NCBI RefSeq assembly: GCF_016432865.1
Contig: NC_067400.1
Coordinates: forward strand, 334,552,001-334,616,000
Direction of reading: 5' to 3'
Length of the DNA stretch: 64,000 bases
DNA from: Antechinus flavipes
Taxonomy: Eukaryota
How positions within the stretch are numbered: position 1 is the first letter of the stretch; each line of letters starts with the position of its first letter. Position numbers and translations under genes: made by a program. Below the pieces are notes generated by a model. It was given only the letters and a program-made list of their open reading frames with translations. It did not search any database and was not told the origin of the DNA. Below, one piece after another: positions 11,492 through 25,181 of the stretch.

Positions 11492-13399
11492 CATTTTTTT
11501 ACTTTTGAACTGTCATTCCATGAATTTTCATGCATCAGCATTACTTAATTTAAATTCCAATTTGAGTTATTTGAATTTATTTTCTGATAAGACTACTTTT
11601 TTTTTTAGTATTCTAGTGAATAACTTATTACTTATACAGTTTATACTACTGTATTGTTGACTTTTGAATGGGTATGCAAAATAGGTCCTATATTAAGCTT
11701 TATGCATTAACATTTATGATATGAATAGATACTCAAGAGTAAATTAAGAAAATGAGACCAGTTCCTTGAAGTTTGTAAGAATTTAACATTTTTATTACTT
11801 TCAGTATTCAGCATGCATAAAATTTTCTGATGAGTCCAAAGTTAGGTATATTTTTATTGAAGAAGTATTTATTTTCATATGCCAAAATGCCAAAAACTTA
11901 ATTGTAATTTTAAGGTTTAAGCCAAAAGTATGATGCCTGAGTTTTATCTGTAGAGGATATATTAAGTACTTAGTTTTATTAACTATTTTTTAAGAAAAGG
12001 ACAATTATATAGTTAAATTAGGATGAAATGATTTTTTATTTGTCCCTGTCTTTATCAGATCTACTAATACCTGTATAACAGATTAAAATTTGAATGAGAA
12101 AGAAGCTTTTTCTGATAAATACTTTATTAATTGCTTCTTCCACTGAAGTTCTAATTTGATATTTTATTGAGAGGTTAATAGTGGCCTTGACTTATTTTAG
12201 GTTATGCTAATAGCAGCTCTCATAAGTTCTATACCAAGCTGGAAAGTCTTTGATTACTGGATGTCTCTGCTCTGGAGATTAGCCTCGTTAAATTCAGAGA
12301 TTTATCACCAGGTTACCCATAAATTGATGATTTTTATTTTTTCTTGGCAATATCTTAAAGAACATTTACTATATTTGTGGAGGCATCAGGATCTGTGTAA
12401 ATGAAAGAAGTACCTACACCAGTGAAGTCATAGATCTTTGAAACATTAAGTAATAATTTTATAGGTAAAAATTTCTGAATATGTATTTCCTTTATGTGGA
12501 GATAATAGCTAAGATCACAAACTACTGCTTATAGAAAAAAAAACCTACCAGGTTTTTAATTTATTTTTAATATGAAAGAGTATTTATGAATAGTCACACT
12601 GAAAACATGGAGAATCTAGGAAACTGTTTCTTGTAACTGTCTTTAGTTATATATTTTAAGTTTAATTCTCAGATAACATTCACAAAACTTTTGCTTAGAT
12701 TCTGAATCAGAATCCTGAGATATTGAAAGAAGTGTTTTCTGTGTCTTAAAGGGTAACCTATAGTTTATGAAGATAAGTATTATCAATTTTATTTTCATTT
12801 TATGAAAAAGATTAATTTCCAGATTGCATACATTTATATGTATTAAGCTTTGTGAAAAAAAATTATTTCTTGTGCTCTAGTGAAAAACATTATGTATCCT
12901 CTAGTATTTAGAATAACAGCATTTTGTGTTAGAGTATACCAGATTTAGCACAGTATAATTTTAAGATGTACCTTTACAAAGTAAAATTTTGAGATTTATT
13001 TTTTTGTGTGAATTTACTGAAGTCATTTTAGCATATTTAGAGCAAAGATTACATTCATTTAAAATGTCACTGTTAATAGAGCTCAAGTGGTGAGTTTGTT
13101 GTTACAGTGTTTTGTTTTTTGCCTTTTTTCCTTATCGTTTCTTGTATAACCTAACAGTTAATTTCCCTCTTTTTCTTATTAAGTAAACGTCATCATTTAG
13201 GAGTCAGTTGGGAAGTATGTATATATTCTTATATTATTTCACTAATTAGGGAAATTGCTTACTAAATATTTTACTTTTAAAATTAATTTTATATTAATAC
13301 ACTGCGAGATTAAAACTTAAGGTTTTATACTGGTTCTTTTTCTTTTTCTTGGCCAACCAGTGGTTTGATTCAAGGTGCGTTTAAATGTGATATAAACAT

Positions 13400-13870
13400 G
13401 GCAAAATGCTTTAGCTTTAATCATGGAAGTGAAGTGCTTATCATATGCTTCTATTCACTACAAGGTTAATTCTTTAAAAATACTGCTTTCATCATCTCAT
13501 ATGCCTGCTGAGAAATCTCCAGTGACTCAATCTAAGCTCCTTGGCATGGCATTCAGTGCCCCCTACAATCTATCCACAGTGTTGCTAACTTTATTTCCCC
13601 CCACTTCCCAGTTAAATCCTGTACTGTCACCTGAACATGACTAGCATATTCCTACCTTTCAGGCTTTGTTCATGGCATTCTTATTGTATAGAATAATTTC
13701 CCTGTCATTCCAATCTGTCTAAATCCTTTCATCTTGCAAGGCCTCGCTCTAATCTCATTCATACATGGAACTTTTCTAGATCACTCCAGCTTACTTTCCA
13801 TGCCTTTCTTACTCCTTTGAACTCCTATAACAGTTTTTGTCTATACTGCTCAATTGACACAAAGAAACAA
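13400..13870 (+). mobile_element. L2 3' fragment
   Basis: L2-type sequence (cagtgactcaatctaagctccttggcatggcattc…). Confidence 0.6.
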
Positions 13871-14626
13871 ATGATGTGCAAATATATTTTGCTTAACAAT
13901 TGTAAATTTCCTTTATAGCTCTACATTCATTTGTTTGTTGTTTGATTTATAACAAGCTGAGTTAAATATTACCATTCTTTAAAGGAAATATAAAGTTGAA
14001 TTTTCATCTTCATATGAAGGCAAGACATGTGAAACAATTAAAAAGTAGGAGCGTATAATAAAGTGCTAAATTATAAAGTACAACAAATATGTATAATAGA
14101 AGTTAAAGGAAAAGATGAGTGTAATCTGAACTTTCCAAAGAAAACTTTAAATAGCAGATAAAGCACTCAAGCTGAGACTTGAAGAATGACAATTTTATTG
14201 ATGAGTGTAAATGGTCAAATGATCAAATTTTAATATTAAAATCCAGTGATCAGTACATTATACATGACAAACTCAAGTTTTTGTTTGATTCTCTGAGAAA
14301 TGCTTAGGGTTATTACCCTTTATTCTTGAGATCAGTTTTTACCTCTTGATCTTTAAATGTGGTTGGTGGGTAAGAGTTAGTGACAAAGCCTCAGGACCTT
14401 ACTATACCCCAAACTGCTTGCCTATTATGCATTTGTTGATCTGAAGCTCATTTTTCTTAAATGTAGACTAAAAATATTTATGAAGAGAGACTGTAAGTAT
14501 GAAAAAACATCTAGCTTTGAACAATATATTTGCTTACTATAAACCATTCAATTTTTATCATAGTTTTTATTGTTATTTTATTAAGCATTTATTGGATTAG
14601 ATTGTATTTTGGTTTGTCCATTTTAG

Positions 14627-14766
14627 GAAACCAAACCATCCTAAACTTGAAGCTTTCATCAATCATATGTCAAAAGCATCTGAAGTCTTCATGGAAGGCA
14701 CTCTTAGTACTCTGCCTCTTTATCCTAGTCATTCATTGTGTGAAATGGGAGAACTCACACAGACAG
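14627..14766 (+). CDS. PXYLP1: PXYLP1 coding exon 4 (…KPNHPKLEAFINHMSK…LCEMGELTQT)
   Basis: ccattttAG acceptor at 14625-14626; donor is AG|GCAAGT (GC at 14767); 140 nt; frame joins correctly to GVVQHL in the next exon. Confidence 0.95.
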
Positions 14767-17403
14767 GCAAGTTTCTTCTTTGTTCTTTTGAATTTCTCAA
14801 GAATGGATTTTTCCTCAGAAAAATCCTTGTCCCCTTGTTTTCTGGTCATGTTTTACACGATTAAAGAGTTATTTTCTTTTGAAATCTGTTGCCTTGCATG
14901 TAGCTTCAATTTACAGAATGCTTGTTTGGAGACATTATGACTAAATGAGATAACATATGTAAATTTTATGTAAATGTTAGCTATTGCTATTGGCTGTCAT
15001 CAGTTTTTTGCTTCATTAATCCTAGTGGTAACTAACTAGCATTCATTAATTGAAGCAAATTTGAAAAGATCAACCTTCTCATCTACCACATCACATAGGA
15101 CAAGTGAAGCATGAATTAATTTTACTTCAGTACTTCAAGGATCTATTGTAGTTCTGGATACTCTCCTAATAGTATATAGTTTTCTAGAGTTAACTGTTTT
15201 CATGGAGGTGATGTGCCTCTCCAAATTTAGCTAGACTGGTCCTCAAACAACAGATATACACAATCACTGAATTATTATTCTAAGATTTTTCACCTTGGTA
15301 TGGGACCTTTCATATCTAGTGCTTTTTTAGGCATAACTTTTGAGAACCCAACGTTACTTCTTTAATATGCTTAGAGAAACAATTAAGCACTAAACAAAAG
15401 AATTGTCATAGTGCATCAAATCAGTAGTCCTGATAAGTGGTTGGATATATATAGTTGGTCTCTGCAAAATATCTTCAAGAGGAAGATAATGTAAGAGAGT
15501 ACAGTTTTCTTTATGAACTCAGCCTCAGCTTCAAATGTTTAAGGATATGCTTTGAACATTTATTTCTAAGTCCCTTTAGTTAATTATGGATCAAAGAATT
15601 TATCAAAAATGTATTGATATAGATGTTCATATCACTTATATTTTAAATCTGCCCTGCTTTTTGAAATTCAGTTTAATTCAATAACATTTATTAAGTGTCT
15701 TCTATGTATAATGCACTACTTTAGGCTCTGGGGAATAAGAAGACAAAATGAGAAGCAATCCTTTCCTCCATGTGATGTTCCATTCTGCTTCTGTAGCTAA
15801 CAGGTTCCTTAAGTTTATATTTCACTGTAAAACAAGATTTTCTTTTTTGATAGAAAAAAATATTGTTTTTTTCTTTTTTAAGCTTCGAGGTCTGTTATAA
15901 TATTTTAAGATTTATTAATTCAGAAAACATTTGTTAAGTGCCTATTATATGTAGACGATTGTGTTATTCACTTAAAAAGAGATGAAATTTAGATAAGACA
16001 GAATTCCTTCTTTCATGTGGAGCTCAATCTAGTCGAAGTTATTGCATGTGCAAAATTAACTGTAAATCATAAGTGCTGAGGAAGATATAAACTGTGGTAA
16101 TAAGGTAATAAAAGCATCTTTTAAAAGTTACTTTTAACATATCTATGCACTTGAGTTCATGAATTTCACCAATATATAGAATGAAGAGTTATGAATTTTT
16201 CTTAGCTTACCTGTTCTTAAGAGTTTCCACACATAGTTTAGAAATTTACTTTCTCTTTTCTAACTTTATTGCCTTTTTTTTGAGATTTGTATTCTGAGTA
16301 TCTTCTGTGCTCATAGTTTTATGTAGAGGTAACATATGCATTTGTTTTTTGTTTTTACCCCTGAGGATGCCTAGCATATTGTCTTTTTTTGGTTATAGTC
16401 AGTAGTACATTTTATATTTCTCCCTGAGTATATCAACTTAATGATTCCATGACCTCTTCTTTTGATTGTACCTGTTAGATTAGAGGCAGTAATTATATAA
16501 ACTTAGTTTGGCTTATTTTTCCTTAAATATTTTACCTTGTACATGCTTACATTAAAACTTAACCCCTTCTTTTCTGCATAGCCATATAGCTTTATGAAAT
16601 TTGTGTGCAATTTTTCATTAACAGCGTCACATTTCACTATTAGGTATTGTTTAGTGAAATCTGCAGGTTTTGGAATTTTATAGTACCCTATCTTTTTTAC
16701 TAAAATGAAAGGGTCTTTAAGAGTTTAAATTATTTCTCTTGAGACAGAAGTTTGTTTCCACCAGCTCAGGAATGGGAAGGTCAAGTGAGACCAAAAAGGG
16801 AGATTAACAAATTAGGGAGTAGTAGCAGATGAATAGATTTTAAAAATTTATTTAGGATTTGATTGAAGGAATTTACTGAGCAAGTTGAAGCTCCATTCTC
16901 CTCTAAAAACTGAAGAATACTTGCTAATGGAGAAGAAAAAGTCATCCCTTTGTCCTTTCTAATTAAAGATTTGGCAGCCAGTTGTCTATATGTGGTAGCT
17001 GATTCTCATCCTCTTAGGAAGTTCCCAGAATAATAAAGATAATAACCAGTGACAGTTCCCTTGGGAGTTTGGGGAAAATGAGTAGACATTTGCTGTCTAG
17101 GAAAAGCAGGTGTGGAACATGCATTATCACATTCCTCCATAAGTGGAGGTCATATATCTCTGTGTCATTTTTGATACATAAATTTGCATGAAAGTTTCTT
17201 TTATGAATTGATGATAGTCTTCCAGTTTGCACATTTGAGTTGGATTTAAATATTTCTATTTTACATTCACTAAAAAATATAGAATTTAAGATTGATTAAG
17301 CTTTTGTAAACTCATTCTATAAACTGTTCTCCTTTATATATTGTTTTATATACTTTCCTTCAGCTGTTGTACTCAAGAAAATTTTTGTGGTCATTTTTAT
17401 TAG

Positions 17404-18335
17404 GTGTTGTTCAGCATTTGAAGAATGGACAGTTGTTACGAGACATTTATTTAAAGAAACACAAACTCCTTCCAAAAGATTGGACTACAAAGCATCTTTA
17501 CTTAGAGACAACTGGAAAAAGTCGAACTCTCCAGAGTGGACTGGCCTTGCTCTATAGTCTTCTCCCAGATTTTGACTGGAAGAAAATTAACTTTAGGCAC
17601 CAGTGGAGTACTATCTTCTGCTCTGGAAGTTGTGATTGCCCAATGAGAAATCAATATCTAGAAAAGGAACAACGTCGTCAGTACCTCTTACGTGTTAAAA
17701 ACAACCAATTAGAGAACACTTATGTGGAAATGGCAAAAATAGTGGGGATTCCCACAAGGCAGCTAAGAGCTGCTAATCCCATAGATTCTATGCTTTGCCA
17801 CTTTTGCCACAATGTCAGTTTCCCTTGTACCAAAAATGGCTGTATCGATATAGAGCATTTTAAAGTTATCAAGACACATCAGATAGAAGATGAGAAAGAG
17901 AGACGTGAAAGGAAACTTTATTTCAAGTATGCCCTACTGGCCTCTCATCCTGTACTTAACCAGACGGTCAACCGTATGCTGCGTATTGCAGAAGGCAGGA
18001 AGGAAGAGATTTTTGTTCTTTATTCTGCTCATGATGTCACTTTGTCACCAGTTCTCAGTGCCTTGGGTATTACTGAAGCCAGGTTTCCAAGATTTGCGGC
18101 CAGATTGGTCTTTGAACTATGGCAAGATGGAGAAAAACCTACTGATCATTTCATCCGTATTCTTTATAATGGAGTTGATGTCACATTCCACACCTCTTTT
18201 TGCCAGGAACACCACAAGCATTCCAGCAAGCCTATGTGCCCTCTTGAAGATTTTGTTCACTTTGTCAAAAGGGACATGTTTTCAGTCTTAAATAGTACTA
18301 GTTATTATGATGCATGTCACCGAAAAACATTTTAG
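17404..18335 (+). CDS. PXYLP1: PXYLP1 last coding exon (GVVQHLKNGQLL…SAHDVT…DACHRKTF*)
   Basis: tttttattAG acceptor at 17402-17403; catalytic HD motif at 18030-18035; stop TAG ends at 18335; total CDS 1437 nt = 478 aa. Confidence 0.97.
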
Positions 18336-19869
18336 AAGAAAACCAGTCTGTATTTTATGAAATTTGTGCTGGTACAGAAAATGACCACTTTTGGTTATTT
18401 CTGATTCAAAAAGTATGACAATATTGCTTTGAAAAAAACTTAGAAATTCCAATTTAGGACCATATAGGTGGATTGACTTGAATAGCAAATATTTTGCCAT
18501 AATTTGGTACAAGATCTAGTTTATTAACTTGGTACATTTCTAATTCATTGATAAAGAGGTACACTGCTGTAAATTGATGTTGCTTGGAATAAATGATTTT
18601 CCTTTTTATGCTAGAGTAGATAAGTTTAGGGTTGCTGATTCAGAATGTTGTTTTCTTGAACAACATGGTACTATATAATATATAACCAACAGACCTCATC
18701 CACAATAGTTCTTAATCTCATGCAGATATAGGTACTACTTAAATGGAAGTACTCCCAAATTGGATATCCCACAGCTCTCTAATGTGGTTGTACTTGTAGA
18801 AGTAATTTGAATACCAAGAAATTTATGTTGGTTTTTCCAGTACTTTTACTAGCAACATATATCTTGGTATAACTATCTAATTACAATAGAATATGAGGGA
18901 AATGGTTGTTAAATCAGGATGAATCTAGTAGCAAAATTGTTAAGGTATTTTATGTTTAGGATGATAAAAAATACTGTGGTACAAGATCATTAAATGTGTT
19001 TTAAATATTTGTCTGCTGTAGCAAAAGCTGGATATGCTGAAACTTTGATATGCGATTTAGTATTTTTATAGTCTAGAAAAATATTTTCTAAGACTTGTGT
19101 TAGAAATGGTATAGTACCAGTTTTAATTTTCTGTATTTTCTTGATATTCAGAGATTTATGAAAAGTCAATTTCAGATATCTTCAATGACCATATTACCAA
19201 AAAATAGCATTAATGGGTAATTTTTTTTGACCAGCTGTGGAATTGAATATGTTTTTAAACCACTTTTGTTAGTTATAAATGGTAAAATCTGATTTGATTT
19301 TTGAGGATATATTTGGGGTAAAACTTCATTATCAGAATATTAATTTAATTTTTATAGTGGTAGTTTTTTTATACTTTTAGAAAAGATTTTAATTTAATCT
19401 CTGATATTTGAAATAATGGTGCTAGTTAAATCAGAGGAAATGTAATCTGAGTGAGATTCTCTAGTGTTATTGGCATTCCAGACTCTTATTTTTATTTTTA
19501 TTTTTTTTGCTCAGTGCTGCATTTGAATACACTAGTTTCTATCAATAAATTTTTGAGAAATATTTGCATATTCTGTGGTTACATTTTGGAGTACATTTTT
19601 TAGAAGATTTATCTTGAATGTTTCTCTTCTTAAAAGCTTACATGTTATCACTTGCTAGCATTTTTATGCTAATTAGAGTCTTTACATACATTCAAGATAT
19701 AGTTGACTAAGATCTTCTAAATATAGCATAAGTATTTAAGAAAAAGGGTATAATCCAGAAGAGTTTTTTAAAAGTCAAATTAAAACTCTATAGGATAAAC
19801 AAGATATTTTGGATAATAACCAGTACCCATGTATGGCCGTGCATGTTGCCTTCCATGACTTTGTCTATA

Positions 19870-19875
19870 AATAAA
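19870..19875 (+). terminator. Candidate distal PXYLP1 poly(A) signal (others at 18588-18593 and 19544-19549)
   Basis: AATAAA about 1.5 kb after the stop, just before the first downstream SINE. Confidence 0.5.
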
Positions 19876-20015
19876 ATTTAAAAATTGTGGTAACCTTTCT
19901 CCCTCCCTCCCCCCTTCTCACCTGCCACCAGCCCCTCTAGAAAAGGATAATACTGGATTAGATGATCTTCAAAGCTCTCTCAAACTATGATTTTATGAAG
20001 TTTAAGTTTGTGGCA

Positions 20016-20046
<31 letters not shown>

Positions 20047-20178
20047 AGGCAATTGGAGTTAAATGACTTTCCAAGGGTCACATAGCTAGGAAGTATTATG
20101 TGTCTGAGGCCAGATTTGAATTCAGGTCCTTCTGACTTCAGGGCCAGTGCTCTATCCCCTGTGCCACCTAGCTGCCCC
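20016..20178 (-). mobile_element. WSINE1-like SINE with long poly-A tail
   Basis: Long T run and complete head (gtgccacctagctgcccc); TSD ttgtggca at 20008-20015 and 20179-20186. Confidence 0.88.
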
Positions 20179-20782
20179 TTGTGGCAGATTTTTACAAAAA
20201 GTTTTATTAAGGGTACAATCATGTTGTTAATTTCAGAGAACATTAGATATGTGGTATAGTGTGGTATTGTTAAGATATATTTGAGGACTTTGAATTTGAC
20301 AGAACAAACATTGTTGATCAAAAACAATATCATAAGTCCATGAGATATTGTATTTCAACTAAAATTTATTATAAGAGAAATGAATATCATGATTAACCTA
20401 AACAAGTGCATAGAGTTCACAATTCATACAGAAGTTTGCATATTCATGACAATAGAATAAAGGAAGGAGGAGAAAACAAAAATTTCCTAAAAGGAAGTGT
20501 CATAGGAGAGGGAAAGGTATAGTAAAAGCAGGAAAAGGATCCCCGTCCCCAATTCCTTAACAATATACAATATAAACGTGTGTATGTATGAATGTGTGTG
20601 TGTGTGTTTGTGTATACACATACACAGACACACATATATAGTTTCCTAATCCAGTTGGACAATTATTTTTTTAACTCAGGATTTTATTTTTTCTTGTGAT
20701 GACTATTTTTTTTCTTAAATCCTTTTAAAATGAAAGAAATGAATATAATAACATATTTAAACTAATATTTTCAAGTCTACAG

Positions 20783-20992
20783 TCATGATTCTCAACCTTT
20801 TTGCCATCAAGACTCCTTTGCACTTTTAAAAATTATTGAGAATTCCCCATATAATTTTGTGGGTTTTACCAATTACCATTTTACCATATCAGAAATTAAA
20901 ACATCTTAGTAGTATTATGAAAATAGTTTTGGCCTCATGAAATCCCTGAAAGGGTTTCCAGGGGCTACTGGACTATACTTTGAGAACCACTG
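20783..20992. mobile_element. hAT/Charlie-type MITE
   Basis: Right TIR ttgagaaccactg, degenerate left TIR tcatgattctcaac; 8-bp TSD gtctacag/gtctatag (7/8). Confidence 0.75.
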
Positions 20993-21247
20993 GTCTATAG
21001 CCCTGTAGTAGAGTTAGACATGCTAAAAAGATTTACTTGTCTGAGCTCATAGCTGAATCAGAGAACAGACCGATAATTCTGATTTCTCTGATAGCCACTA
21101 TTCTTTATATATAGTCTGGATACCTCAAATTACAACTAAGGAAATAGTATGATTATGCAGCAATGTGCATTGATTAAGCAATTTGTAGTTGTAAAGTAGA
21201 AAATGGTGTTAAATTTTGGGTTTTCATGCTGACTTGGTGTTAAGAGG

Positions 21248-21385
21248 TTTTTTTTTTCCCTTTTTTTGAGACAATTGGTTTTGTGACTTGTTCAGGATCG
21301 CACAGCTAGTAAGTGTCTGAGGTCAAATTTGAATTCAGGTTCTCCTGACTGAAGGGCCAATGCTTTATCCATTGTACTATCTACC
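21248..21385 (-). mobile_element. WSINE1-like SINE
   Basis: Reverse-strand CORE-SINE sequence with T tail. Confidence 0.7.
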
Positions 21386-22099
21386 AAAGCATTTTCATCT
21401 ATATCTCTACTAGATTATTTAATTTAAAAGTTTTGGGTTATGCTTTATTAATGTCCATTTGTATGGCAGCCAAAAGACAAGAGCCAGTCCAAATAAAGAG
21501 TGATACAGATGAAGTCTAGTTAACTGGAATGATATTGTATAACTGAACCGTTTATTTCCTGGAGGAATCAATGGCCTAACTTTCCTAGGCCCATTCATGC
21601 ATTTCCAGTCAGTTCAGTTTATTTAACACAACTAATAAATATGTGTCAATCTCTGTTGCAGGGGATAAGAAGATAGATTCTGTGAAGAATTTGGTAATAC
21701 CCTTCAAATTTAAGCAATCAGCAATTGTCTTATACTTGTTGACTTAAAAGCATGGGACAATGTAGAAGAAGATGGCAAAAATGTATTGAAAAATATGGTT
21801 CATGACCAAGAAATGAAAAGAACTTAAAAAATCTTAGGGCTCTAGCACAATCTTAGGTACTTTATACAAGAAGACAAGCAATAGGTGCTAGTTATGGTAA
21901 GCACTAAGTAACATCACAAAAATGCAATTGACTCGATCTTAAGAGTTAAGAAATTATTGTTTAATGATGCCAGTAAACTCAATCAACTTGTTAGAACAAA
22001 AATCAAAATCAACATGAGATTATAAAGATAAACATCTAATGTGCAATTAAAAATGATCATACATGATTTATTTTAACAAGTTATTGATACTGAGAAACT

Positions 22100-22265
22100 G
22101 GAATCAACAATGTTCTGGACTGCCTCAAGAGATGGAGTGTTTCTTCCCTTTATAGGTCTTCAAGTGGATGACTACTTATCTGATTATAGTGGAGATTCCT
22201 TTCATGTATGAGGTGAACTAAATGCTGTTGAGATTCCTTCTAACTCTCAAATACTGTAATTCTTT
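22100..22265 (+). mobile_element. L3/CR1 (or MIR3-tail) 3' fragment
   Basis: ggtcttcaagtggatgactactt…gagattccttctaactctcaaatactgtaattc, typical of CR1 3' ends. Confidence 0.55.
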
Positions 22266-24394
22266 GACTTTCACCATTAACTATGGGGTTTAAGTGATAA
22301 AAATAAATCAAGATCTAAAGATCCTAGTATCTGTCTTAACTAGGAAATACTTGAATTCCTTACTAAGTGGAAAAAGATTTTTTCCAAGATTAACACAATT
22401 TAGAATACAGACTTATTCATAATATTTTGGGGAGGAAGCCAATGAAAGATCATGAGCATTATTGGCTCATAAAATAATGAAAAGTGTTAAGGACCATGCC
22501 TAGGTGAAGGGGCACGTCAATTCTCTGAGAGCCTCCACAGCTGTGAATCATAAACTTGAAGGAGTTTGCAAAGCAGCCTTTGTAGATGTTCCTTTGCAGA
22601 TTGGGAGTGGAATAAATTGGAGGCGAAGAGAGAGGTCAGATAGTGCAGCTGCCTCTCAGTCTCCTTGTATTATCGTCATCATCCTCTCACATGAAGATAT
22701 CCATTCTACAGGTCTGAGTTAGACCTCCAGTAGCCACTGGCAGGTGGCTCCCATATTACAATAGAAAAGCAATCATTGGAGAAAATAAGTATACAGAAAA
22801 TTTGCTGTGGGACACATGTCAAATTATGATGTGCATTCAAGGATGAAACTAGAAGGATGACAAATAAGTAGATAAAAAAATGAAACATCTGTTGAGATTT
22901 AAATAGACTTTTTTTTTTTTTTTTTTTTTACCTTCAATGATAATATGGTCACTACATTTGGATTCTCACCAGTCTTTGATGTGCTACATGAGTGAAACTA
23001 AAGAAAATAAAAATGTGAAGGTCAGCTGGATGAGACTAAATATATACACAGGGTGCCTGTGCTAGGGACAGCATAATACTGAGAGTGATTTTTAAAATAA
23101 CTAAAAGAGGGGAAAATTCTGGGAAGATGGAATAGGTTGGCAAATTTGAAGTTCTCCCCGGATTTCTCCCACAAGTAAAACAAATTTGTACCTGAAGGCG
23201 AACAAAGACTGGTGAAAAACCAAGAAAACCTGGGGCAGAAGAGGGGTCCTCTTGCTATAACTCCACAAGATCTGAAGAAAGATTGGGGCTAGGATTAAAC
23301 CAGTCTGAAGTGTAAACACCTCTGGGCTAGTTCAGAAACACCAAGTGGGGGCCCCTGGGGCTAGCTAGTTGTTGCTGGAGCCTCAGCAGTAACTACAGAC
23401 ACTTTCACCTCCTGGACTATTTGTCCAGTAGGGGTTTGAAAGGGGAAGACAGAGTGAACCTTGGCTTATTGGGAAATCAAGGCCCAGCTGTGCTGCTAAA
23501 TGGAGGCCCTAGGTGAGAAGGAACGCCATGAATGCAGAAGCAGTGAGGCAAAGGACCCTGCTGGCTCTGGGCACCTGCAGGAAGATGGAGTTCTTGATTT
23601 GGAGTTCTTGGTCAGAGTAGAGAGCTGAAGGAAAGCTTGAAGCATCATTCTCCCTACCCCATATTTAGAGATATTTACACAGATACTTCTTATTAAAAAA
23701 AAAAAAAAAGATGAACTTGCAAAGAAGAAAGAACTCCGCCTTTGACACATATGGGAACAGGAAAGACCGGGATTCATCTTCAGAGGAGGACACTTGAAAA
23801 AAGTTTCTACCTCAAAGAGTAATGTGAAATGGCTCCCTGCCCAGAGAGAATTTACAGAACTAAAAAAAAAATTCAAAAATCAAATGAGAGACATTGAGGA
23901 AAAACTAAAGAAAAATTAAAATTGTTCAAGAAAATTATGAAAAAAGTTAACCAATTAAGAAAGGAAATAAAAATAATTCTGAAAATTAGAATTGGGCAAG
24001 GGGAAGCTAATGAAGCTATGAGAGACCAAGAAATAACAAAACATGATAAAGAATGAGAAAATAAAATGTGAACCATGTCATAAGAAAAACAACAGATTTG
24101 GAGAACAGAGCAAGAAGAGAAAATATAAAAATAATTAGACTGCCTGATGTGACCAAAAGGAGAACCTTGACATAATAATGCAGTAAATAATCCTAGAAAA
24201 TTGTCCTTGATAGAACATGAGGGGAAAGTAGAAATAGAAAAAATCCATAGATCATCAACTTAAAGCGATCCTTTGTGGAAAAAAACATAGGAATATTATT
24301 GTCAAATTTTGAAAATCCCAGATCAAAGAGAAAATTTTACAAGAAACAAGGGAAAAAACATATGCTGGAACTACAATTAGAATTGTACAATCAC

Positions 24395-24994
24395 ATATGA
24401 ATATTATGGAATATTATTGTTCTGTAAGAAATGACCAGCAGGATGATTTTAGAAAGGCTCACATGAACTTTCAGAGACTCACATGAACTGATGCTGAATA
24501 AAATGAGCAAGACCAGAAGATCATTATATATTTCAACAACAATACTATATGATGATCAATTCTAATGGCTGTGATTCTCTTCAAAATGAGATGAACCAAA
24601 TTAGTTCCATTTGTTCAATAATGAAGAGAACCAGATACACCCAGCGAAAGAGCTATGGGAAATGAGTGTGAATCACAACATAGCATTTCCACTCCCTATG
24701 TTTTTATTCACTTGCAGTTTTGATTTCCTTCTCAGATTATTTTTACCTTATTTCTAAGTCCGATTTTTCTTGTGCAGCAAAATAACTATGGATATGTATA
24801 CATATATTGTATTTAACATATTTAACATGTATTAGTCTACCTGCCATCTAGGGGAGAGGGTGGGGGGAAGGAGGGGAAAAGATGGAACAGAAGGTTTTGC
24901 AAGGCTCAATGCTGAAAAATTACCCATGCATACATCTTGTAAATAAAAAGCTATAATTTAAAAAAAAAAAATCTAAACTAAAAAAAAAAAAAAA
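24395..24994 (+). mobile_element. L1 3' end nested in the HAL1-like ORF1
   Basis: AATAAA at 24942 and poly-A; TSD agaattgtacaa(t/c)cac at 24379-24394 and 24995-25010. Confidence 0.88.
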
Positions 24995-25181
24995 AGAATT
25001 GTACAACCACAATAAAAGACCTCAGGTCCTGGAATCATATCTACTGACAATAAAAAGAACTAGGCCTATGGCCAAAATATATCATATCCAGCAAAATTAT
25101 CTATAATTTTTAATGAGAAAAAAATGGACATTCAGTGAACTTGCAGATTTTCAGGACTTTGTATCAATTAAACCCAAATTT

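Noticed and set aside
14530-14940. 136-aa ORF spanning PXYLP1 coding exon 4
   Set aside because: Different frame from the conserved peptide; runs through intron on both sides.
17367-17403. ORF-track N-terminal extension MYSRKFLWSFLL of the 322-aa ORF
   Set aside because: Starts at TTG in intron sequence; PXYLP1 homology begins after the acceptor at 17403.
17890-18291. 133-aa alternative-frame ORF within the PXYLP1 last exon
   Set aside because: No recognisable domain; expected by-product of a long coding exon.
18371-18982. GGTAC cluster as miR-126-3p sites
   Set aside because: The canonical seed match needs GGTACG; none of the seven is followed by G.
22737-22750. CTCF-like motif ctggcaggtggctc
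   Set aside because: Mismatch at a key core position; such matches are frequent by chance without ChIP data.
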